A DNA stretch of 45,122 nt, counting the filler, from Jimgerdemannia flammicorona (lineage: Eukaryota): assembly GCA_003990765.1 (NCBI GenBank). It is 2 parts of 2 records of this genome, joined end to end, with 100 filler letters (N's around TTAATTAATTAA, not from the genome) between each part and the next. Parts side by side here need not be neighbours in the genome. Positions count along the whole stretch, not along the records: positions 22,613 to 45,122 come from RBNJ01001259.1; 1 more part is not named here. The stretch is one strand, 5' to 3'. Below the pieces are notes generated by a model that saw nothing but the letters and a program-made list of their open reading frames with translations, had not been told where the DNA came from and searched no databases. The position numbers and the translations under genes were made by a program. How positions within the stretch are numbered: the stretch's first letter is position 1; every line of letters begins with the position of its first letter. Of the stretch, positions 34,357-45,122 are shown piece after piece.

Positions 34357-36406
34357 TGTAAGAGGTTTGCTTTTTAGGGTAACCATTATGTAGTTCTGGA
34401 AAGATTTTCTGGATATTCTGGAATACCATTTTTTTATGGTCAAGATCAATTTCATATAGAGTATGTTCTCTATACTTATTGATTTCAAGATCAGGTTGAC
34501 ATCTCAACCAAAGTCCTTTTTTGGACTAGTTCTAGATGTTCAGGATTTCCATATTTCAGGAAGTTCAAGAAACTAAGACCAGCTTAGTTGAATTGGCATA
34601 TTGCTGCAGACAATACCTAATTAGCAAATTTCATGAAGGGGTTAGAAGTGAGACCTAACAGGAAGTGGATTTACTTAAGAGTGGTTGGTGGGTTATTTGA
34701 ATAGATTTATTTGCTATTCATGATATTGCTATACTAGAAGTAGTTGTATGAAGGAATATTGTAGAGAAGTATTCAGGAATGTTCTTGTGTATTCGAGTCT
34801 GAGATTCTGAGGTCTGGGGGAGGGGATATTTATACTAGTGAGGGGCTATCTGGACTATGCTGAATATGGATGTAGCACTAAGTGCTTTGCTGAGTCAGAA
34901 TGTAGTCACATAGTACAAGTGTGATCTGATATGTCAAGAGATCGTCTGACTGCTGAGTCAGTTCACAGTCACATTGTACAAGGCTAATCTAACTATACTA
35001 TGACTGCTAGGCTATTTATGGGTTTAGGCACTATCTGAGTAGTCCTTGATGACATCACCATCGATTGCATCATCTCTGATGAAGTAGTCATCTAGAAAAA
35101 GTGGTTTGCAGATTACTTCTCCTTGTTTGCTGAGGTAATAATATATTGGAACTTCGTCTCCATCCCACAAGATGGCGTCATCTGTCTCATATGCTAGATA
35201 AGGTATTGGTGGGTGAAGGAGGGGTGCATCATCTTCACTTTCATCGGATTCACTGTCTGCATATCTTCTATAGGTTACAGCACTATGAGTTGCAGGGTTG
35301 TAGTAAGCTGGTAGCTGTGGTTCATATCACTTATACTCAGGTGGTGAAGTGGTTAGTTCAATCTCGAGAGTTGTCTGGAGGTACAGGTTGTGTTCTCTGA
35401 TCTCTTCATTGTAGTTGAAGTAATCAGTAAATGCAGGTTGGTATTCATACCAGTAATCATTATCCCAATAAGTCTTGTATGCTGTTATAAATTGTTGTAA
35501 GTTCATTGGCAAGGTTGGCAGTGTGATCAGGGTTGGTAGAGATCCTTGGCTAGAGATCATGTTGGCATCAGAGGAATCATTGTCTTCTGCTTCATCTTCA
35601 TTGAAGTGAATTATATCATAGATATCCTTCATGATATATCCAACTTGGGGCATTTGCAGGATATGATCGTTGGGGTGTAGGAAGGTTCTGTCTGTGGTTT
35701 CAACATACTCGAGATACTTGTGGTTGAGTTCTTGTATCATGTCATCAATTTGGCTATAGGACAGGGTAGCAACCATTTCACTGGTAATAACTCAGAGGTG
35801 GGAAATAATGGTACTATACTCGTAGAAGAGTTCTCAATATTTGCGGGTGATGAGCTTCTGGTGTTGAGACATCTGGGTGATGTCTGTATCATGGTAGTGT
35901 TTGACCATGTCTTCCAGGAGGCGGCCGATCTGGTAGTAGCTTGAGATTTGTCCAATTCGGTAGGCCTTGCTAAGCATGTTCAGAGCATTCCATTGGACTT
36001 CCATGAAGTAGAGGGGTGCTAGGCTGTGGATATTCATGAGGGGTAGAGGGAGTGTGGCTCTATTGACAATGGTATTCCAAATGTCAGCGCAGATATGGAT
36101 ATAGATCTCAGTGGTCATGTTTGTGTGTTTGGAAGTTATAGTTGTTGTTTGTTTTGGTTCTCTTATTCGATGCGTTTTGGTGCTTGGTATATATATATTT
36201 GATCCTGATTGGTAAAATTCCATTTGTGTAAATCTTGTGTTCTGTGACTTCATATTGACTCAGCTTTGTGTGCTGTGACTTTGGTTTGACTCAGCTTCGT
36301 GATCAAGCAGGTGATTTCCAGATTTGTTCAGAGGTCGTGTGTGATTTCAGTGGCTTGTTCAGAGGGTGACATGTAATTTCGGTGGCTTGGAGGTTGTGCA
36401 CTTACA
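34357..36406 (-). repeat. 5' LTR of B (2050 bp)
   Basis: TGTAAG...CTTACA; direct repeat of 26013-28059. Confidence 0.95.
35024..36253 (-). pseudogene. LTR-embedded ORF of family B (410 codons), 5' LTR copy
   Basis: ORFs 36253-35834 and 35776-35327 are in frame and continue to TAA 35024 (1230 nt). Confidence 0.75.
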
Positions 36407-37480
36407 CCTTAAATAAGCTTAAGATATAGTTCTTGAACAAAACTCAGAGCTAATAAACTCAACCAGAATATATTCTAAATTGTATAAATATATCACTAAT
36501 ACTATCTCTAAGAATACTATTATAGAAAATCATCTATTTAGTAAAAAATTACAATATAATAAACAAATTCAACATAATAAGAGTGAGAAAGAATAAGAAA
36601 TAATAATTACCCATCTGGTCAAAAAAAACACTACCTTATCTTACTAAAAGAGAAGAAGACCAAAAGTGAAATAATACAGTTAAAGAAGTATGTCAGATTT
36701 ATAATATAACTTCTCATCTAATACTGAACCAGATCTACCATCTATAAGGAGTAAGTAAATGAGATTTAACTCAAATATAAAAGGATGAGATATATTTACT
36801 ATATAAAATATATCTGTAATAAATCTGTAAACTATACTATAAATACTACTATATTATGAATACTATGAATAATAAATGCTACAAATATTATATATAAAAA
36901 CTATATAAATCTCAACTTATGTCAATAAAGATTTAGTTTCAATAATAATTTATAAACTTTTATATTATATATAATTTGCTATTGAATATATACTCCTAAT
37001 ACTACCATATACTTCTTGAATGAAAATCAGTTACAATTATATATAATGCCAAGTTTGTATAACTGTATTTTTGGTCTATATATTTGGCTATTTAGTTTAA
37101 CTATATATTTACAAATAAAATATATATTTAAAAAAGTTCTTCTTATAATATATGATCTGCATACTTATTTACTAAATATAAATAAAAAGAATATATATTC
37201 AATCTATCTACTAAGTTCTTTCTTACTGAATCATATTCCTCAAACAAGAGTTACATATATACTATATAAATAATTATATTTATAAATATAATATTGAACT
37301 ATCTAGTCTATATAGTAATAGCTATTTCTGTTTTACAATTATGAGAGACTATGTTTTTAGTACTATATCTATTATATTATATTACTTCAAGTATATAAGT
37401 TAATAGACTTAGTAATTTAAAGAAAAGACAAACTTAGATAAAAAGATATTTATTTATATTTTATCTTATCTCAAACTACT

Positions 37481-39512
37481 TATAAGAGAGTTACTTGTTA
37501 GAGTAACCATTACATAGTTCTGGAAGGATTTTCTGGAAGTTCTTGATGTTCTGAAAGACTGTTTTCTTAAGGTCAAGATCAATTTCATATAGAGTATATC
37601 CTCTACACTTATTGATTTTAAGATTGAGTTGATATCTCAACCAAAGTCCTCTTTCAGACTAGTTCTGGATGTTCAGGATTTTCTATATTTTAGGAAGTTC
37701 AAGAAACTAAGACTAGCTTAGTTGAATTGTCATATTACTGCAGATAATACCCAATTAGGAAATTTTGTGATGAGTTAGAAGTGGGATCTAACAGGGAGCA
37801 GATTTACTTAAGAGTAGTTTATGGGTTATTAAATAGGTTTATTCACTATTTATAATATTGCTATACTAGGAGTAGTTATATAAAGAGATATTGTAGAGAA
37901 GTGTTCAGAAATATTCTTATATATTTGAGTCTATTCAAGTCTGAGATTCTGAGGTCTGGGAGAGTGGATATTTATACAGTGAGGGACTATCTGGACTATA
38001 CTGAATATGGATATAGTACTTAGTACCTTACTGAGTCAGAATATAGTTATATATGTAGTATAAGTGTGATCTGACATATCAAGAGATCATCTGACTGCTA
38101 AGTCAGTTTATAGTCATATTATATAAGGCTAATCTAACTATACTATGACTGCTAAGCTATTTATAGATTTAGATGCTATCTGGTTAGTCTTTGATAACAT
38201 TACTATTAATGACATCATCTCTAGTAAAGTCTGAGCAGTTTTCTGACTTCTGATATTATTAGTTTCAAAGGTGTTATCACCTCTGTCTCTTATAAAATTA
38301 AGACTATCCTTAGTGATAGTGGTTATACAAGAATAACAGGTCTTGGTTCTCTTTTTTTTTTTTAGACTACTAATGTATTTATAAGAACTGACTATTCTTG
38401 TCTAGAGTAAGGGCTCCCAATATCATGGCTGGGGGTTCAAATCTCTCAGAAATGATATTTTCTATAATCTGAGGCAATTTCTAGTAGTAATATCTGTCAT
38501 GTAGATGGGCTTGAGATTAGTTTTGACAATGTTAGCTTTCTTGAGTTCAGATGAAGCATCTGTTATTCTTTAATAGAGATGATATAGATAAAGTGAACAG
38601 AGTTGTTCAAATGTATTTTGCTTCTGCTAAGTAATGAGATCTTTGTATAATTGCAGTGTATCTTGGTCTTGGGTTAATAAGTGCAGTTTATGAACCTTTG
38701 GTAGATAAGAGAGATTCTTCTCATCTTAGTTTGAGTTTGGTACTTTAGTTTTCTTTTGTAATAGTATGGTTTATCAAAACTAGTTATAGAGGTATAGAGT
38801 CAGTCTTATAGTTATAGTACTTCTTCTGATATTCTTATATCTTGGCAGTAGGTTTTTGTGCTTGCTGACATATTTTATGTAACTAGGTGATCTCTTCAGT
38901 AACTTGTTTTGTAGTCTCACATGTGGTTTCCAAATTAGTTCTGAGGATGATATGTGATTTTGGTAGCTTGGAGGTTGTATACTTATAACTCTCCCCTTCT
39001 TAGCTTTCAACACTCTCATCAAGGCCTTCTAATTTAATCTAGTGTTGTTGTACCATTTGGATGATTCTTATAGCTGTATTTGTTAAGGATTTGTTTAACT
39101 TTGTATTCTTCTTGGTCATTAATAATAACAGATATAGGTGGTTTTGCAGTTTGGTTCAGAAATATATCTCAGGCTTTCTGAGGTAAGAGTCTGATATGGT
39201 TGTCAACTTTGGAAAAGTCTTCTTCAAGGTTTTCAGATTCTCCTTTAGATGGACAGATAGAGATAGCAAAGAGAGGACATTTCTTGGTCAATTTCTTAAG
39301 CTATAGCTTATTGATATAAGTGATCTTTGGTCCAGGGTTACTAGAACTAAGTGGGTCCTTTTTGCCTTACAGTTTGAAGTTGTGGCATCCTTTCTTGATA
39401 GTTAGAGAATGGTTTATCCAATTGATCATAAGGTTCTCTTGTTTTAACCATAGGGTTCTAAGGATGATTTTATTGTTAGGAAGTAGTATAATCTAGAGTA
39501 TAACATATACTC
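37481..39512 (-). mobile_element. Non-autonomous B' copy 1 (3' LTR 37481-38987, PPT, deleted internal part), cut by B' copy 2
   Basis: LTR TATAAG...CTTATA of 1507 bp; chromodomain start joined to post-protease linker near 39160. Confidence 0.88.
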
Positions 39513-42500
39513 TATAAGAGGATTACTTGTTAGAGTAATCATTACATAGTTCTGGAAGAGTTTTCTGAAAGTTCTGGATATTCTAGAAGACTATTTTCTT
39601 AAGATCAAGATCAATTTCATATGGAGTACATCTTCTATACTTATTGATTTCAAGATCAGGTTGATGTCTCAATCAAAGTCCTTTTTTGGACTAGTTCTGG
39701 ATGTTCAGGATTTTCCATATTTCAGGAAGTTCAAGAAACTAAGACCAGCTTAGTTGAATCAGCATATCACTATAGACAATACCCAATTAGGAAATTTTGT
39801 GATGGGATTAGGAGTGGGACCTAATGGAGAGTAGATTTACTTAAGAGTAGTTTGTGGGTTATTAATAGGTTTATTCACTATTTATGATATTGCTATACTA
39901 GGAGTAGTTATGTAAAAGGATATTGTAGAGAAGTGCTCAGGAGTTGTGTTCAGAATATTTAAGTATTTAAGTCTTTAAGTCTTTAAGTCTTCAAGTCTAA
40001 GGTCTGGAGAAGAGAGTATTTATACTAGTGAGGGACTATCTAGGCTATACTGAATATGGATGTAGCACTTAGTGCCTTGCTGAGTCAGAATACAGTTACA
40101 TAGTACAAGTGTGATCTGACATATCAAGAGATCATCTGACTGCTGAGTCAGTTCACAGTCATATTATATAAGGCTAATCTAACTATATTATGACTGCTAA
40201 GCTATCTATAGATTTAGATACTATCTGGTTAGTCTTTGATGACATCACTATTGATGACATCATCTTTGACAAAGTCTAAGCAGTTTTCTGACTTCTGATA
40301 TCATCAGTTTCAAAGATATCATTACTTCTATTTCTTGCAAGATTAAGACTGTCCTTGGTGGTAGTGGTTGTACAAAGATAACAGGTCTTGATTCTCTTTT
40401 TTTTTTGGACTTCTGGTACATTTGTGAGGACTGGCCATCCTTGTCTAGAGTGAGAGTTCTCAATGTCATGGCTGGGGGTTCAAACCTCTCAGAAATGATA
40501 TTTTCTATAATTTAAGGTAATTTCTAGTAGTAATATCTATCATATAGATGGGCTTGAGATTGGTTTTGACAATGTCAGCTTTTTTGAGTTCAGATGAAGT
40601 ATCTGTTATTCTCTAATAAAGGTGATACAGATAGAGCAAACAGAGTTATTCAAATACATTTTACTTCTGCTAAGTAATGAGGTCTTGTATAGTTGTAGTG
40701 TATCTTGATCTTTAGTTGATAAGTACCTTTGATAGATGAGATAGGGTTCTTCTTGTCTTGGTTTGGTTTTGGTACTTTCAGTTTCTTTTTGTAATAGTAT
40801 AATATACCAAACTAGTTATAGAGATTCAGAGTCAGTCTTATGGTTGTAGTACTTCTTCTAGTATTCTTATATCTTGGCAATAAGTTCTTATACTTGCTGG
40901 TATATTTTGTATAACCAGATGATCTCTTCAGTAACTTGTTTTATAGTCTCACATATGGTTTCCAAATTGGTTTTGAGGATGACATGTGATTTTGGTAGCT
41001 TGGAGGTTATATGCTTATAACTCTCCCCTTCTTAGCTTTTGACATCCTCATCAAGACCTTCTAATTTGATCTAGTATTGTTGTATCATTTGGATGGTTCT
41101 TGTGGCTGTATTTGTTGAGAATTTGTTCAACTTTATATTCTTCTTGATCATTAATAATGACAGGTGCAGGTAATTCTGTGGTTTAGTTCAGAAATGTGTC
41201 TCAGACTTTCTGGAGTAAGAGTCTGACATAGCTGTTAACTTTGGAAAAGTCTTCTTCAAAGTTCTCAGATTCTCCTTTGGATGGACAGATGGAGATGACA
41301 AAGAGAGGACATTTCTTGGCCAATTTCATGAGCTGTAGCTTGTTGATATAAGTGATCTTTGGTCCAGGGTCACTAAAGCTAAGTGGGTTCTTTTTATCTT
41401 ACAGTTTGAAGTTATGGCATTCTTTCTTGATGATCAGAGAATGGTTTATCCAATTGATCATGGGGTTCTCTTATTTCAACCATGGAGTTCCAAGAATGAT
41501 TTCATTGTCAGGAAGTGGTACAATCTGGAGGATAATATGTACTCAGTAGTCACCAATTTGGAAGGGCAGGTTGCAGACTTCCTTGCTAATAACATAAGAG
41601 GTTCCATCAGCTTTGGCAACTGCTTGGGTTTGTTGTACTAGAGATGTCAGGACCTTAAGTCTGTTGGCTGTTTCTTCATTGATGAAGTTGCCTGAGGCAC
41701 CACTGTCTATCATAATCTTGATAGGTGCTCAGTTGACAAAAGCTTGAAGTATAAGTAGTTTGTCTGATCTAATGATGGTGATTTCAGTTGTAGGAGTTTT
41801 CCTTCTATTGGTTCTTCTTTGAGCCAGTTCATTGACACAAGAGAAGTAATCATCAATCATTCAGAAAGAGTACATTCCAATGTCATGAGAGCATCAGCTA
41901 CTTAGTATATATCCATCTTTGATTTTCTTGTAGAATTATTCTTCTTTACTTGTAGTAGGTTGGGCTGGGGCCTTATTTGATGAGCCAAATCCTTTGGATC
42001 CTCAGATGGTAGGTAGTAGTTCAGGGACTTTCTTGACTGTCAGGGTTGACTCAATTTTCTCAAATAGGATCTGGGCAATATAGAAACCAATGGGGATCTT
42101 GAAGGGTGTCCAATTGTGATTTCAGATGAGGACAATAATTTCGCCTATATAATCTTCATCAATGACTCTTATTTCTACTGAGAGTCCTTTCAATGCTAGG
42201 CTGCTGTGATAGCATATTCTTCCAACATGTCCTTCAGGAATTTGGATACTAATTCCTATGTAGACTTACTTGACTTCTCAGTTGGAAACTATAGCTTCTT
42301 CAGCTACATACAGGTTATATCTAGCTGCCTTTTGACTTCCTTTAGTTGGGGTCTTGGTAGTTTGTCTTAACTTAATAAAGTCCAGTATTCTGGTGATCAG
42401 GTTATTAAGGTAGTGCAGAGTAGTAATAGTTGCTCATGTTACTGTTTGGGGTTTTTAGTTAGAGCAGGCACTGGCCATGTATCCTGTCTTTTGGCAACAG

Positions 42501-45056
42501 AAACATACTCTGCTTCTTCAAAGTTCATTTCTTTCTTCTTTGGTGAGTTTCTTGAAGGTACTTGACTGAGTGGGTTCATGATTTCTGAGTGTCCATGAGG
42601 TGGATGTTGAGAGAGCTCAGGATGCTTCATGCTTGGGTTCTTCTTTCTTAGTCCAAGTCTTTTCCTTGTTGTTGAATTATCTTTGGGGCAGAATTGGTCC
42701 AGCTATTAGGATTTGCTTGAGTATAGTCTTGATTCTTGCCAGGTACCATTGTTGGTGATCACAACCAATTAGGTGTCCTTGTTCTCAGATTTTTCTTATA
42801 AGTCATTCAGGTAGTACATCAAATAGATAGTCTGCTCTTGTACCATTTTGTACTTCATCATTGGTAATATATCCTAGGCCAATAGTGTTCAGGAGTAACT
42901 CAAGTTTTGTACAGAAAGTTTCAAATTCTTTCTTACTATATATATCAAATTTGAGGTTATAGAGTTTTACTCGAGATTTGGCAATCATGGTTTCACTGCA
43001 GTATTGAGCAATTATAAGTTATTTCAGTTCAGGGGCTGCAGGATGGACTCTATATTCTGAGGTATTGTTTGTTGCATTTTGAGCAACTACTGTAGGTCAG
43101 GTATCCTATGTATGTGAGGGGTTTTTCTGGAAGGGTTTGTCACCATTCTTCAGCGAGTTCTCTAAAGAATATAACAACTTGACAGATATAGGCTGTAGTG
43201 GTAGCAAAGAGTTGTTCCAGAGTATGGTCTTGATTGTTTATCAGAAGATAGTTCACAACTTACTCATTAGTCTATTTATTGGCTTCAAAGTTGGTATCAA
43301 CTATACTAATAAAGCTTTGGACTTCTTGTATAGTACTATTGAAGATAGATAGGCTCAGATTTTTGATAGGTTGGGTCTGTTCAGCTAAGGCAGTAATGGT
43401 TGCTATCATTATTGCTACCTGGGCTATAAGGTCAAGAATCTGTTGGTTTGTCATGTTATTTACTGGAAGTGGTTGGACTACTGGTAGTGGTGTTACTGGT
43501 ACTACTTGAGGTACTGGTGCAGAGTGTGATGGGGTTCTTTGGATCTGTGTAAGTTGCTGGAGTAGTAGTTGTGGGTCTAGAGTAGAGCTTGATAGATAGC
43601 TGTCTATTGCTGTATAGGTGTATTATGTTCTAATGGAGATACATCTCCTTCAGTAGTATATCTGAGATTGAATTCACTGAGATACTCCTCCTCCTCTTTG
43701 ACTTAGTCCCTAGTTGGGTTTGCTTGGCATCAAAGTAGACAGAATCAGTAGTATATCTGATTTCAGATGGACTTAATTCAAAGTCAAGTTCTGGTTTAGT
43801 ATTGGTTTCAGGTTCAGATAGAGCTATAGTAGAGCCTACTTCTAGTTTAGGATCAGATTGTTGGCAAAGAGTTTTCCTTACTTCTTTCTTAAGAATTTGG
43901 TAGGCCTTATAATTCTGGAATTGATAGTATAATATAGTCTTGGTCCTGGTATGGTGAAAGTCAGTGGAGTTGAGCCACCTGGCTACAGAGGCTTGGGCTT
44001 CATGAAGAACTAAGGCTAGAAAGACTGCTGCTGGTTATCCTAGATTACTCAGATTTGTAGAGCTGACAAAACTCTTGTTGAGAAGAGTAAAGAAGACTTC
44101 TATAAGACCTTTTTCATTTTGACTTGCTGGGTGTAGTGCAAGAAGTTCAGTGTATAGAGTTTCACCTATTTGCTGATTTAACTGAAGTACTTCTTTCTTT
44201 GAATGAAGTTTGTCCCACTTGTTACAGGTGTGGAGGTCAAATTGTCTTTGTATATCAGGTTCAATTTTCTCCAGATTATCAGATAGTTTGGGATAAATTC
44301 CAGTTCAGAGGTTGGGCTTTATATCAACTTATAAAAATTTCTCAGAGAGATTTGTAGTGGGGTGAGGAAGTGTCTTAAAGCAGAATTGAATTGTATACTG
44401 CTGCTACCAAGTTATAAGAGAGTTATTTGTTAGGATAACTATTACATAGTTCTGGAAGAGTTTTCTGGAAGTTCTGGATATTCTGAAAGACTGTTTTCTT
44501 AAGGTCAAGATCAATTTCATATAGAGTACATTCTCTATACTTATTGATTTTAAGATTGAGTTGACATCTCAACTAAAGTCCTTTTTCGGACTAGTTCTGA
44601 ATGTTTAGGATTTTCTGTATTTCAGGAAGTTCAAGAAACTAAGACCAGCTTAGTTGGATCAGCATATCACTGCAGACAATATCCAATTAGAAAATTTTGT
44701 GATGTGATTAGGAGTGGGACCTAATGGAGAGTGGATTTACTTAAGAGTGATTTGTGGATTATTAAATAGGTTTATTTGCTATTCATGATATTGCTATACT
44801 AGAAGTAGTTGTGTAAAAGGATATTGTAGGGAAGTGCTCAGGAGTTGTGTTTGGAATGTTCAAGTCTTCAAGTCTTCAAGTTTTCAAGTCTGAGGTCTAG
44901 GAGAGAGGGTATTTATACTAGTGAGGGGCTATCTGGGCTATACTGAATATGGATATAGTACTTAGTACCTTGCTGAGTCAGAATACAGTCATATAGTACA
45001 AGTGTGATCTAATATATCAAGAGATCATCTGACTGCTGAGTCAGTTTATAGTCATG

Positions 45057-45058
<2 letters not shown>
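39513..45058 (-). mobile_element. Non-autonomous B' copy 2 (3' LTR 39513-41019; gag-dUTPase-PR; 5' LTR from 44413, truncated)
   Basis: Internal region colinear with B 31140-34356; RT/RH/IN absent; PBS and PPT present. Confidence 0.9.
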
Positions 45059-45113
<55 letters not shown>

Positions 45114-45122
45114 CTTTTTTTT
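45059..45122 (-). repeat. Poly(T) run, probable poly(A) tail of a further retroposon inserted in the B' LTR
   Basis: LTR consensus breaks at GTCATGTC|TTTT; same pattern as 14935 and 10842; element body is outside the window. Confidence 0.55.

Larger units (their letters stand above)
26013..36406 (-). mobile_element. Chromovirus (Ty3/Gypsy) family B, structurally complete, dUTPase-bearing
   Basis: Two ~2.05-kb LTRs with TGTAAG...CTTACA termini, PBS, PPT, gag-dUTPase-PR-RT-RH-IN-chromodomain; no matching TSD. Confidence 0.95.

Noticed and set aside
34604..34675. Short GTAAAT...CTAAT...CAG intron in B U5
   Set aside because: Splice-like words are present, but no upstream ATG exon could be joined in frame; needs RNA data.
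36407..37480. Gene (ORF 37016-37273) or DNA-transposon remnant in very AT-rich DNA
   Set aside because: The ORF is I/Y/L/K-biased as expected for hypermutated DNA; only a KRRRPK patch is visible, with no termini or catalytic motifs. Left unassigned.

Overview
Eukaryotic (most likely fungal, by inference) transposon-dense DNA with no recognisable host gene. It is two contigs joined by an artificial 100-nt spacer (44 N + TTAATTAATTAA + 44 N, 22513-22612), so adjacency across it is not evidence. Nearly every base belongs to nested, transition-riddled retroelements. There are three dUTPase-carrying Ty3/Gypsy lineages: family A (copies 207-7888 +, 22818-26012 -, and a related fragment 19061-20139 +), an old family C (7889-10315 -), and chromovirus family B (26013-36406 -) with two RT/RH/IN-deleted derivatives B' (37481-39512, 39513-45058). 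Also present are two L1/Tx1-like LINEs, three hAT-type MITEs (two with visible 8-bp TSDs), and a 1.2-kb poly(A)/TSD retroposon 'X' with no RT. Most notable: (i) long LTRs (1.5-2.05 kb) of families A and B each carry a sense ORF of unknown function in U3, and B and B' LTRs share their ends but differ in this cargo; (ii) A and B share a small C-x-H-x12-C-x2-C module next to dUTPase, in mirror-image domain order; (iii) retroposon X and a LINE are nested reciprocally; (iv) there is graded CpG then CpA C-to-T hypermutation, including at LTR termini. All alignments were done by eye and approximate boundaries are marked as such.
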